A stretch of DNA of 38,284 nucleotides from the IMG/VR virus record IMGVR_UViG_2778261592_000009, positions 1-38,284 of that record; one strand, 5' to 3'. The notes beneath the pieces were generated by a model. It saw only the letters and a program-made list of their open reading frames with translations, was not told the DNA's origin and made no database searches. A program made the position numbers and the translations under genes. The DNA comes from a virus. Lineage: Duplodnaviria > Heunggongvirae > Uroviricota > Caudoviricetes. Shown here piece after piece: positions 1 to 8,402 of the stretch (positions are counted from its first letter, which is position 1; every line of letters begins with the position of its first letter).

Positions 1-69
1 GGCGATCTGCTGGTAGTGACGCGCCCAGCTCTGAGCCTCAAGACGATCCTGAATGTAATAAGCGTTCAT
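1..69 (-). CDS. hypothetical phage early-left-operon protein, 5' end only (23 codons; gene runs off the window start)
   Basis: ATG at 69..67 with AGGAGG 6 nt upstream (revcomp of 76..81); frame [23 protein letters not shown] stays open to position 1. Confidence 0.45.
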   Translation of the reverse strand, partial: MNAYYIQDRLEAQSWARHYQQIA

Positions 70-144
70 GGCTGACCTCCTGAAAATGGCTGTGAAAATA
101 TCGCCCGCGAAATGCCAGGCTGATTAGGAAAACAGGAAAGGGGG

Positions 145-522
145 TTAGTGATTCAGGCCGTTACCGCGTCCGTCGAGAAAAACTTCCACGAGCAAATCAC
201 GGGTATAAGTGCGCTCGATGCCGCGATGCAGATAAAGCCGTCCGCGTAAATTAGCTGATGCAGTCCAGGTACCATCTTTGTGTTTGACCAGCATGCCTGG
301 CATGACCGCACCTCGATTAACGGTCTGCGTTCCATAATGTTGATGCACCATAAAAACTCCTGCCCGTAAGCTGGGCTGCTGAACATATAAAGACTTCTGC
401 GCGTATTCAGGCGGTGGATGGCCGCCGGTTGTCATAACTAAGCCGCCTCGTTGAAGCGACTGAGGTATGAGGTGTTGAGTTGATTTCAGCTGGTCACACC
501 GACGTTCACGCGTCCGCTTCAC
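145..522 (-). CDS. putative N-like antitermination protein (Arg-rich N-terminus); maximal ORF 145..555 begins at TTG
   Basis: First gene downstream of the PL-like promoter on the leftward strand; GTG at 522..520 preceded by a G-rich RBS gives N-terminus MKRTRERR, resembling an arginine-rich RNA-binding motif; otherwise unrecognised. Confidence 0.4.
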   Translation of the reverse strand: MKRTRERRCDQLKSTQHLIPQSLQRGGLVMTTGGHPPPEYAQKSLYVQQPSLRAGVFMVHQHYGTQTVNRGAVMPGMLVKHKDGTWTASANLRGRLYLHRGIERTYTRDLLVEVFLDGRGNGLNH

Positions 523-621
523 CCCTCGCACTCCCCGGAGCCTGCTGAAATTCAAGCTGCGGATCTAAGCGGTCATCGCAACGGTGAATCAGGTGATTGC
601 CGTATCGTTGTGTTGTTGCGA

Positions 622-680
622 CATGGTGATAATAGCTATTGCTATTGGTTGTATCAATACTTATTGCTATTGATTGATGT
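622..680 (-). promoter_or_regulatory. PL-like leftward early promoter with OL-like operator repeats
   Basis: On minus strand TTGATA (plus 657..652), 17-nt spacer, TATTAT (plus 634..629); overlapped by ATAGCTATTGCTATTGG and TTATTGCTATTGA motifs that recur left of cro. Confidence 0.5.
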
Positions 681-795
681 GTTTTGATATTAACTGTTTG
701 ATAGCAAAAAGAATTAATTTTGTGACTTGCATCGCATAGCGATAACTGAAGGGAGGATGTGGTGGTTTTTCGAACGGTTTGTGTGATGAGGGGAC

Positions 796-822
796 AAAAG
801 AAAACCCGGCACGGTGGCCGGG
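796..822 (-). terminator. rho-independent terminator closing the cI immunity operon
   Basis: CCCGGC(805..810)-ACGGTG-GCCGGG(817..822); on minus strand followed by TTTTCTTTTG; 4 nt after stop of gene 827..1204. Confidence 0.6.
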
Positions 823-826
823 ATTC

Positions 827-1204
827 TTACGCAGGTAGGTAAAGATATGATTGTGGTGGCTTAATATTACTACCTAGAGCAGAGATAGGAATTGGTTCTT
901 TATATCTTTCCACTTCACCAATTTTTATTGCGTAGGCCTTTTCTCTACCTGAATAATATGAGTCATAAAATTGCTTAGAAATACCTGCGTGTTTTTCCGT
1001 CTTTTTCCAAAGAGATTCCGGTTCGTCACTTAGTATTGATTCAATACGGAATTGGCCAACAACTTTACCTAATGGCATCGTGGCATAAATAACAACGGTG
1101 CTAATTTGCGGATTTTTGAATATACCTTTACGAAACTCGAACCGCTTTGTTCCGTTCAATATTTTTTCTGCAAACTCAGGCTTAATGGATAATAAAACTT
1201 TCAT
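827..1204 (-). CDS. ASCH-domain (PUA-like fold) protein, 125 aa
   Basis: ATG at 1204; pattern LLSIKPEFAEKILNGTKRFEFR ... AYAIKIGEV typical of ASCH proteins (by eye); AT-rich; overlaps upstream gene by 23 nt. Confidence 0.65.
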   Translation of the reverse strand: MKVLLSIKPEFAEKILNGTKRFEFRKGIFKNPQISTVVIYATMPLGKVVGQFRIESILSDEPESLWKKTEKHAGISKQFYDSYYSGREKAYAIKIGEVERYKEPIPISALGSNIKPPQSYLYLPA

Positions 1205-2255
1205 TTATCTTGCCTAACTCGATGATCTTTAAGAACTGCTCATTTGTGAGTTTAAAGTGACTCCATCGGAATGCACGCGAACCATTTAGCCCCACATGAT
1301 CTATTAAAATAGCACGATTGGGTCTCTTTGGCAAAGACAGATTGTATGTGAATCTTATAATGAAAGGGTATCGACGTTCTTTATAGATTTTTCTGAGTTC
1401 ATCTTCAGAAAATACGCTAAAACGAATACAATAGTCTACAAAACTATCTTCGCTTAAAAATTCAGAAATATTTTTTACGCTCTCAACTACACATAATGTA
1501 CTGGCTACAGAACGATAGCGAGCTGGCCCTTTTTTGTCTCCGGTTCTATAGATGACAATGATATCTCCTCTTTTCATTCCCATCACAGAACGCATTCCAC
1601 ATATGTAAATTTTATGAATGCTGTTAGCATGGGATATATCTTTGACAATATCTGGTGATTCATTTACAAGTTTTGAATCAGGGAATAGTCTAGTGTGATA
1701 TTCGGGATAAATCGCCAGTAAATATTTGTTGGCCCTTGATGTCATTATTCGAGGGTAATCTAATAAAATATCACCATAAGGCTCATGCAAAGACCTCGCA
1801 TATACAAACTCTTTCCCGTTATGTGTTTCTTTTTCACCATGAATGTAAAATCCGTACGTTTGGAAAAGTTTTATTAGATGGACGTGTTTGTCGAAAACAG
1901 TAACATAAATATCATCAGATTTTGATGAAAATGCATGGTCAAACGCTTTTTTTAGAAATCGTTGTCCGCGAAGGGTGCCTTTAGATTCAAATTTGAATGT
2001 TCCTATCTTTAGATGACGTCCTGGTGGGAGCGCTGGATTAATGTCATTTGCATCATCATTTTCTTTTAGATACATAAAACCTTCGATTTTATGCTTGTCA
2101 TCATAGAGCACATAAGCTGATTCTCCTTCTCTGGCTTTTTTTTCTAACCAAAGAGGAAACTCTTTATAATCTTTTTTTAAAGAGTCAAAAAATGGGTCAT
2201 TGTGATCAAAATCAGAGAATTTCTCATATTTTAAAGTATCCATTAAGTTCTCCAT
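1182..2255 (-). CDS. two-domain protein: N-terminal GNAT-like acetyltransferase region plus unassigned C-terminal domain (357 aa)
   Basis: ORF 1182..2255; alternative ATG at 2243 has GGAG 9 nt upstream; LRGQRFLKKAF and LFQTYGFYIHGE resemble GNAT motifs A/B (by eye only); AT-rich; 68 nt downstream of cI stop on same strand. Confidence 0.55.
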   Translation of the reverse strand: MENLMDTLKYEKFSDFDHNDPFFDSLKKDYKEFPLWLEKKAREGESAYVLYDDKHKIEGFMYLKENDDANDINPALPPGRHLKIGTFKFESKGTLRGQRFLKKAFDHAFSSKSDDIYVTVFDKHVHLIKLFQTYGFYIHGEKETHNGKEFVYARSLHEPYGDILLDYPRIMTSRANKYLLAIYPEYHTRLFPDSKLVNESPDIVKDISHANSIHKIYICGMRSVMGMKRGDIIVIYRTGDKKGPARYRSVASTLCVVESVKNISEFLSEDSFVDYCIRFSVFSEDELRKIYKERRYPFIIRFTYNLSLPKRPNRAILIDHVGLNGSRAFRWSHFKLTNEQFLKIIELGKINESFIIH

Positions 2256-2323
2256 TCTAAAATGAATAATTAAGTTGTTTTACTGAATGAGCACAATGCC
2301 CGGTTGATAATTTTTAATTGGTA

Positions 2324-3016
2324 CTATCCATGCTTCCTATACGTCTGCGGCATGCTCCCAATAACTTTCCCGAAGATAAATACCCGGTTCATCTCATCTT
2401 TCTCGATCGGGTCCCACGGTGAGTAGCTTTTGTTATCAGAGATAACCAGCAGCTTATCCTTCATCATTTGCAAGCGCTTTACATGGGCTGTGTCGTCGTA
2501 CAGAAACGCATAGATACCATCACCGTCGAAAGATTTAACCGTGATATCAACGAATAGAAGATCACCAGGTTCAATCGTTCCTGACATGCTGTCACCGCGT
2601 ACGTTAATGATGCGGATATTTTCTGCCTTCCTACCATCGAACATGTGACGAGCATCGTCAAACGAGTACTCAACCGAGCGTAGAACTTCTACAAACTCAC
2701 GGTTGATGACTCCCGGCCCGGCACTCACTTCTATATCAAGAACGTCAATCTTGAAGTATTTGGGATGGTTGGCAGTAGGCTTCCCTAATTGTTGACCGTC
2801 ATTTCTCATCGGGCCTATGCCTGATGAGAGCCACTCTGTTCGAACACCCAATGCATTAGCTATTTCAACAATTTTTGTTGAGCCGCGCGCGTTGCCGCTT
2901 GTCAGTCTCCAGATTGTGGGTTGAGCTACGCCAGACGCCTTTGCAAGAGCGCCTTGAGACATTCCAGATTGTTCCATCGCTAGGTTTAAGCGATCAGCAA
3001 GAGTTTCTTTTTTCAT
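2324..3016 (-). CDS. cI: CI-like prophage repressor (N-terminal HTH, C-terminal LexA/S24-type autopeptidase domain)
   Basis: HTH SQGALAKASGVAQPTIWRL; S24-like GDSMSGTIEPGDLLFVD and downstream VKRL; ATG at 3016 lies 8 nt from TATAAAT on the minus strand (leaderless, as lambda cI from PRM); maximal ORF to 3052 starts at TTG. Confidence 0.85.
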   Translation of the reverse strand: MKKETLADRLNLAMEQSGMSQGALAKASGVAQPTIWRLTSGNARGSTKIVEIANALGVRTEWLSSGIGPMRNDGQQLGKPTANHPKYFKIDVLDIEVSAGPGVINREFVEVLRSVEYSFDDARHMFDGRKAENIRIINVRGDSMSGTIEPGDLLFVDITVKSFDGDGIYAFLYDDTAHVKRLQMMKDKLLVISDNKSYSPWDPIEKDEMNRVFIFGKVIGSMPQTYRKHG

Positions 3017-3126
3017 AAGTTTTAATTTATACGCTTGCGTATTGATGGTCAAAACACGTTTTGCTATTGTTATAATTAATACGTATTGCTATTATTTATT
3101 CATTGTAATACCAATAGGAATTAATA
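3017..3126. promoter_or_regulatory. OR-like operator region with divergent PRM (leftward) and PR (rightward) promoters
   Basis: 110-bp intergenic region between divergent repressor and cro; TTGCTATTG and TATTGCTATTA motifs shared with 630..676; TATAAT at 3071..3076 (rightward); TATAAAT at 3031..3025 with TTGACC at 3052..3047 (leftward). Confidence 0.55.
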
Positions 3127-3354
3127 ATGACAAATCAAACCATTCAACTCGCAATCAGTATTACAGGTAGTCAAAAACGACTGGCAGATCTATGCGGTGT
3201 AGCCCAGCCCACTGTTTGGCGTTGGCTACACGGTGGCGGAATTGATGCCCGCTATGTAATGAAAATTGTCTCAGCCACTGGTGGAAAGATTAAACCAGCA
3301 GATATTCGTCCCGACCTCGCACCATTGTTTAACGCGAGTAATTCTGCCGCCTAA
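3127..3354 (+). CDS. cro: Cro-like HTH repressor (75 aa)
   Basis: Divergent from repressor gene; AGGA before ATG; HTH segment QKRLADLCGVAQPTVWRWL. Confidence 0.75.
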   Translation: MTNQTIQLAISITGSQKRLADLCGVAQPTVWRWLHGGGIDARYVMKIVSATGGKIKPADIRPDLAPLFNASNSAA

Positions 3355-3378
3355 TCTGCGGCGTTAACTGATAAGGCA

Positions 3379-3924
3379 ATGACTATGCAACCACTTACAT
3401 ACCAACAGACTAGCGGATTTAGCCCGACTGCGGTGATAAATCGTTCTCAAACAAAACAAGCTCCAGGCCACGAAAAAATCCGTGATGCCGTCCGCGCCTG
3501 GTCGGCTGCAGATAATCAGGATGTTGTTGCCGCACTCATTGTGAATGAGTATCGGGAGCAGGGCGGCGGCACCATCGATTTCCCTGATGATGTCAGCCGT
3601 GCACGCCAGAAGCTGTTCCGCTTCCTCGATAACAAATTCGATTCTGAAAAATACCGAAATAACGTGCGTGAACTGACCCCGGCAATTCTGGCGGTACTAC
3701 CGCTGGAATATCGCGGTTACCTGGTTGAGCAGGATAGCTTCATGACTCGGTTGGCTGAAATGGAAAAGGAACTCAGTGAGGCAAAACAGGCTGTCATTCT
3801 CAACGCACCACGCCACCAGAAACTGAAGGAAATGAGTGAAGGTATTGTGTCGATGTTTCGTGTGGACCCGGATCTGGCTGGTCCATTAATGGCGATGGTG
3901 ACCACCATGCTGGGGACAATATGA
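3379..3924 (+). CDS. CII-like / YdaT-family early regulatory protein (181 aa), tentative
   Basis: Sits between cro and the replication gene; AAGG RBS; family assignment positional. Confidence 0.5.
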   Translation: MTMQPLTYQQTSGFSPTAVINRSQTKQAPGHEKIRDAVRAWSAADNQDVVAALIVNEYREQGGGTIDFPDDVSRARQKLFRFLDNKFDSEKYRNNVRELTPAILAVLPLEYRGYLVEQDSFMTRLAEMEKELSEAKQAVILNAPRHQKLKEMSEGIVSMFRVDPDLAGPLMAMVTTMLGTI

Positions 3925-4010
3925 CAGGTTCAGAAATGGCGAAAGTCGGTCTGCGGGAACAGAACCGACTTTCAGGTGCAAATCGTAACACACTCATTGC
4001 GGGAGGAATT

Positions 4011-4940
4011 ATGGCAAACACTGCTGAGATATTCAATTTTCCAGTGCCGGATGCGGCACAAAAGGAGCCGCGCGTGGCAGATCTCGATGATGGTTATACG
4101 CGCATTGCAAATGAGTTGCTGGAAGCTGTGATGCTGGCCGGATTAACACAGCACCAGCTTCTGGTCTTCCTGGCTGTCATGCGCAAAACATATGGCTTTA
4201 ATAAAAGACTGGATTGGGTGAGCAACGAGCAACTTTCCGAATTGACCGGGATATTGCCGCACAAGTGTTCTGCTGCAAAAAGCGTTCTGGTAAAGCGTGG
4301 GATTCTTATTCAGAGCGGGCGAAATATCGGCATTAATAATGTGGTCAGTGAATGGTCAACATTACCCGAATCAGGTAAGAAAAATAAAGTTTACCTGAAA
4401 GAGGTAAATTTACCTGAATCAGGTAAGAAAAGTTTACCCAAATCAGGTAAAGGCGTTTACCCGAATCAGGTAAACACAAAAGACAAACTAACAAAAGACA
4501 ATATAAAACCTTTTTCGTCCGAGAATTCTGGCGAATCCTCTGACCAGCCAGAAAACGACCTTCCTGTGGTGAAACCGGATGCTGCAATTCAGAGTGGCAG
4601 CAAGTGGGGGACAGCAGAAGACCTGACCGCCGCAGAGTGGATGTTTGACATGGTGAAGACCATCGCGCCATCAGCCAGAAAACCGAATTTTGCAGGGTGG
4701 GCTAACGATATCCGCCTGATGCGTGAACGTGACGGACGTAACCACCGCGACATGTGCGTGCTGTTCCGCTGGGCATGCCAGGACAACTTCTGGTCCGGTA
4801 ACGTGCTAAGTCCGGCCAAACTCCGCGACAAGTGGACCCAACTCGAAATCAACCGTAACAAGCAACAGGCTGGCGTGACAGCCGGAAAATCAAAACTCGA
4901 CCTGACAAACACTGACTGGATTTACGGGGTGGATTTATGA
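4011..4940 (+). CDS. O: replication initiator, lambda O-like
   Basis: ADLDDGYTRIANELLEAV ... LAVMRKTYGFNKRLDWVSNEQLSELTG parallels lambda O (recalled); GGGAGGA RBS before ATG 4011 (maximal ORF starts 3921); carries the origin iterons. Confidence 0.85.
   Translation: MANTAEIFNFPVPDAAQKEPRVADLDDGYTRIANELLEAVMLAGLTQHQLLVFLAVMRKTYGFNKRLDWVSNEQLSELTGILPHKCSAAKSVLVKRGILIQSGRNIGINNVVSEWSTLPESGKKNKVYLKEVNLPESGKKSLPKSGKGVYPNQVNTKDKLTKDNIKPFSSENSGESSDQPENDLPVVKPDAAIQSGSKWGTAEDLTAAEWMFDMVKTIAPSARKPNFAGWANDIRLMRERDGRNHRDMCVLFRWACQDNFWSGNVLSPAKLRDKWTQLEINRNKQQAGVTAGKSKLDLTNTDWIYGVDL
4362..4510 (+). repeat. ori-lambda-like origin: five 17-bp iterons TTACCYRAATCAGGTAA plus AT-rich tract
   Basis: Iterons at 4362..4378, 4391..4407 (degenerate), 4410..4426, 4434..4450, 4457..4473, each an inverted repeat TTACC...GGTAA; A-rich tract 4474..4510; inside O as in lambda. 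Confidence 0.7.
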
Positions 4941-5638
4941 AAAACATCGCCGCACAGATGGTTAACTTTGACCGTGAGCAGATGCGCCGGATCGCCAACA
5001 ACATGCCGGAACAGTACGACGAAAAGCCGCAGGTACAACAGGTAGCGCAGATCATCAATGGTGTGTTCAGCCAGTTACTGGCAACTTTCCCGGCGAGCCT
5101 GGCTAACCGGGACCAGAACGAACTGAACGAAATCCGCCGCCAGTGGGTTCTGGCTTTCCGGGAAAACGGGATCACCACGATGGAACAGGTTAACGCAGGA
5201 ATGCGCGTAGCCCGTCGGCAGAATCGACCATTCCTGCCATCACCCGGGCAGTTTGTTGCCTGGTGCCGGGAAGAAGCATCCGTTACCGCCGGGCTGCCAA
5301 ACGCCAGCGAGCTGGTTGATATGGTTTACGAGTATTGCCGGAAACGTGGCCTGTATCCGGATGCAGAGTCTTATCCGTGGAAATCAAACGCGCACTACTG
5401 GCTGGTTACCAACCTGTATCAGAACATGCGGGGCAATGCGCTGACTGATGCGGAATTACGGCGCAAGGCTGCCGATGAACTGGCCTGTATGACAGCGCGA
5501 ATTAACCGTGGTGAGGCGATACCTGAACCAGTAAAACAACTTCCTGTTATGGGCGGGAGACCGCTTAATCGTGTTCAGGCTCTGGCGAAGATCGCAGAAA
5601 TCAAAGCGAAGTTTGGGCTGAAAGGAGCAAGTGTATGA
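4937..5638 (+). CDS. P: replication protein P (DnaB helicase loader), near-identical to lambda P
   Basis: 233 aa beginning MKNIAAQMVNFDREQMRRIANNMPEQYDEKPQVQQ, matching lambda P as recalled; ATGA overlap with O stop. Confidence 0.9.
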   Translation: MKNIAAQMVNFDREQMRRIANNMPEQYDEKPQVQQVAQIINGVFSQLLATFPASLANRDQNELNEIRRQWVLAFRENGITTMEQVNAGMRVARRQNRPFLPSPGQFVAWCREEASVTAGLPNASELVDMVYEYCRKRGLYPDAESYPWKSNAHYWLVTNLYQNMRGNALTDAELRRKAADELACMTARINRGEAIPEPVKQLPVMGGRPLNRVQALAKIAEIKAKFGLKGASV

Positions 5639-5808
5639 CGGGCAAAGAGGCAATTATTCATTATCTGGAGACGCACAAGAGCTTCTGTGCGCCGGACGTT
5701 GCTGTGACAACAGGTGTGACATTAACCAGCATAAATCAGGCTGCGGCAAAAATGGCGCGGGCAGGAATCCTGGTCATTGATGGTAAGGTCTGGCGAACGT
5801 TTGTTTAA
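5635..5808 (+). CDS. ren: Ren-like protein, short form (57 aa)
   Basis: ATG 5635 overlaps P stop; MTGKEAIIHYLETHKSFCAPDVA...AKMARAGILVIDGKVWR resembles the N-terminal part of lambda Ren; absent from ORF track because under 60 aa. Confidence 0.65.
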   Translation: MTGKEAIIHYLETHKSFCAPDVAVTTGVTLTSINQAAAKMARAGILVIDGKVWRTFV

Positions 5809-5954
5809 CGGTTAGCTACTCAGGATGATAGGGCGGGGCAAGTGAGTATGAAGCGGATTTTAAGGAATGCCATCAGAGTTTGGAAATAAAGTGGGTTTTC
5901 TAGTGGCAAGAGACTTGATAATATTTAGTCCTTTGAATCCAAGGAGATAGGGTT

Positions 5955-6449
5955 ATGAGAAAATTTATTTTAGCCTTTGTTATAAGTGCCTCGTTTACAG
6001 CAAATGCTGGTGTAGAGAAGTTAGGGCCGTGGATAACAAAGTCTGAGATAAATAAAATGACTGACCAGACTGACTTTGTGGCTCTTAATTTATCACCAGA
6101 TTCATATAACAAAGCAGGTACTGATCGTGCAACTTCACTGGTGTTGCGTTGTAGTGATAACAAAACAGATGCCTATTTATCATTCAATGATTATATGGGT
6201 TCGGACAACCCAAGAATTACAGTGCGGTTAGATGGCGGAAAGCCGGTCAAGAGTGTTTGGGGAGGTGGGGAAGGCGGTGATTCTGCATTTGCTCCACAAC
6301 CAATACAATTTATAAAGACCTTGGCTAAGCATAAAAAAGCTATTTTTGGGTTTGAACCTTATGGATCAACTATGCAAGTAGTTGAGTTTGACTTGTCTGA
6401 GATTGATAAGGTTGTGGAAAAAATTTCACAGTCTTGCAATTGGAAATGA
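5955..6449 (+). CDS. hypothetical secreted protein (moron), 164 aa with signal peptide
   Basis: AAGGAGA RBS; N-terminus MRKFILAFVISASFTANA; own terminator downstream; AT-rich relative to neighbours. Confidence 0.6.
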   Translation: MRKFILAFVISASFTANAGVEKLGPWITKSEINKMTDQTDFVALNLSPDSYNKAGTDRATSLVLRCSDNKTDAYLSFNDYMGSDNPRITVRLDGGKPVKSVWGGGEGGDSAFAPQPIQFIKTLAKHKKAIFGFEPYGSTMQVVEFDLSEIDKVVEKISQSCNWK

Positions 6450-6465
6450 CAAAAAAATTTCATAT

Positions 6466-6493
6466 GAACCCAGTTGGCGCTGGGTTTTTTATT
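6466..6493 (+). terminator. rho-independent terminator
   Basis: AACCCAG(6467..6473)-TTGGCG-CTGGGTT(6480..6486) followed by TTTTTTATTT. Confidence 0.6.
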
Positions 6494-7086
6494 TCAGTAG
6501 CCAATAATGCATTCAAAATCTCTTACTTGAGAAACGGCCTATTTGAGATTTCAGTCGTGGCAGGATGATCAGTTGATTCGAGTATTGACGCATTTGCGTT
6601 CGGAGCGATTACAGTAGATTGTAAATAATAATGAGAAACACATAGCCACATAGCCACCCCGTGGTATTGAAACCATATAATGTTGGATTTGAAAACAGAT
6701 CTTTTCCCATGTATTAATAACTACATCCCCGCGAGTAATTCAAAAAGGAGGGCCCAATTTTGTCCGAGTTTTTGTATTCCCCCGCATGCCGCTGCGGAGC
6801 ACTACATCTGAGTGTCTGACTAGGGGATAAAATTAGACTGGATAGTGAGAAGAAAGTGGCGCGCTAGGCTGTGCCGAGTGCTACCAGTACACCTTGGGGG
6901 TGTGCAGCTTTCGCCGAGACTGTAGTGGGTATCGGTTAATGCACGAAAAACCGAGAGGTCAGACAACCAATTTGCCGTAGGATTGTTTCCGGTGCGATAC
7001 CGGTCTACTAACTGAAAGCAATGCGAAAAAGCATAAACTCGGTCCTTCAGTCGCCCTACACACTATTTACTAAGAAGGGCTGAAGC

Positions 7087-7287
7087 ATGGATACAATTAT
7101 TACATGGATGGGAGATCGTCTGTTGGGGGGGACACAAAAATCCGATCTGCGGCAGATGGCGATCACTGGATTAACTTCCGCGATTTGTTCAACAATTTTG
7201 TACACTGAAAAATTAAAACATGGTGAGCCTATTAACCCAAACGAAGAAGAAAAACTTTATAGGCTTTGGTATGAAGGAAACGCTTGA
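7087..7287 (+). CDS. hypothetical small protein (66 aa)
   Basis: ORF with GAAGGG RBS about 7 nt upstream of ATG. Confidence 0.45.
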   Translation: MDTIITWMGDRLLGGTQKSDLRQMAITGLTSAICSTILYTEKLKHGEPINPNEEEKLYRLWYEGNA

Positions 7288-7493
7288 AAGAATAAAGCAC
7301 AATTAAAACCTTTGATTTGCGATAATCAACTTGCCATAATTAAGTAATCGGAGCCTGAACAACTCCGGTGACTTCTGCGCTAAACGGGGACGTTTATGCG
7401 CACATACAATCCAAACTATCTTCTCCTTTCACAGATGCAGAAATGCACCTGCAATTCTTTGCATCTAGCGTTTGACCTCTGCGGAGGTGAAGC

Positions 7494-7949
7494 GTGAACC
7501 TCCCACAAGACGGCATCAAATTACATCGCGGCAACTTCACCGCTATCGGCCAGCAGATCCAGCCTTATCTGGAGGAAGGCAAATGCTTTCGCATGGTGCT
7601 TAAACCGTGGCGTGAGAAACGCAGTCTTTCCCAGAATGCACTCAGCCACATGTGGTACAGCGAAATCAGTGAATACCTCATCAGCAAGGGTAAAACGTTC
7701 GCTACTCCAGCTTGGGTAAAAGATGCTCTCAAACACACATATCTCGGTTATGAAACCAAAGACCTGGTTGATGTCGTAACCGGTGATATCACCACTATCC
7801 AGTCGTTACGCCATACCTCCGATCTTGATACCGGAGAGATGTATGTCTTCCTGTGTAAGGTTGAAGCCTGGGCGATGAATATTGGTTGCCACCTGACTAT
7901 TCCACAGAGCTGCGAGTTTCAGCTGCTGCGCGACAAGCAGGAGGCGTAA
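7494..7949 (+). CDS. ninB: NinB-family recombination protein (lambda NinB/Orf-like)
   Basis: GTG start with GGAGGTGA RBS; segment [17 protein letters not shown] comparable to NinB; first gene of a nin-like region. Confidence 0.65.
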   Translation: MNLPQDGIKLHRGNFTAIGQQIQPYLEEGKCFRMVLKPWREKRSLSQNALSHMWYSEISEYLISKGKTFATPAWVKDALKHTYLGYETKDLVDVVTGDITTIQSLRHTSDLDTGEMYVFLCKVEAWAMNIGCHLTIPQSCEFQLLRDKQEA

Positions 7950-8119
7950 TGGCTACACCGCTTATTCGTGTCATGAACGGACACATCTACAGAGTACCAA
8001 ATCGTCGTAAGCGTAAACCTGAGCTGAAGCCATCCGAAATACCAACACTGCTCGGATATACCGCCAGCCTGGTTGATAAAAAATGGTTGCGACTGGCAGC
8101 AAGGAGGAGTCATGGCTGA
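7949..8119 (+). CDS. ninE: NinE-like small basic protein (56 aa)
   Basis: ATG 7949 overlaps ninB stop; C-terminus [13 protein letters not shown]; sits before ybcO/rusA as in DLP12-type nin regions; maximal ORF starts 7886. Confidence 0.55.
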   Translation: MATPLIRVMNGHIYRVPNRRKRKPELKPSEIPTLLGYTASLVDKKWLRLAARRSHG

Positions 8120-8402
8120 TTTGAGAAAAGCAGCGCGTGGTCGGGAATGCCAGGTAAGAATCCCTGGCGTATGTAATGGCAACCCTGAAACGTCTGTACT
8201 GGCACATATCCGGCTGACTGGATTGTGCGGCACCGGTACGAAACCGCCAGACCTGATTGCCACCATTGCATGTTCTGCCTGCCACGACGAAATCGACCGC
8301 CGCACGCATTTTGTTGACGCTGGATATGCAAAAGAATGCGCGCTGGAAGGTATGGCGAGAACACAGGTTATGTGGCTGAAAGAGGGGGTTATTAAGGCGT
8401 GA
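8112..8402 (+). CDS. ybcO: YbcO-family protein (DUF1364, putative Zn-binding nuclease), 96 aa
   Basis: AAGGAGGA RBS; [34 protein letters not shown] with Cys/His cluster; matches E. coli prophage YbcO as recalled. Confidence 0.8.
   Translation: MADLRKAARGRECQVRIPGVCNGNPETSVLAHIRLTGLCGTGTKPPDLIATIACSACHDEIDRRTHFVDAGYAKECALEGMARTQVMWLKEGVIKA

Noticed and set aside
153-386. 77-aa minus-strand ORF overlapping the N-position gene in another frame
   Set aside because: Fully nested within the longer ORF 145..555 with no separate start signals
3921-4010. Upstream extension of O (ORF-track start at 3921)
   Set aside because: The ATG at 4011 has a strong GGGAGGA RBS and gives an N-terminus aligned with lambda O; the upstream extension overlaps the end of the cII-like gene and lacks support
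4362-4473. Possible CRISPR array from the regularly spaced direct repeats
   Set aside because: Repeats are 17-bp palindromic iterons with 2-12-bp spacers inside the O gene, matching a lambdoid replication origin rather than a CRISPR repeat-spacer architecture; no cas genes present
6494-7086. Retron (msr/msd) in the ORF-free region
   Set aside because: No reverse transcriptase gene anywhere nearby and no recognisable a1/a2 flanking repeats; kept only as an unexplained non-coding region
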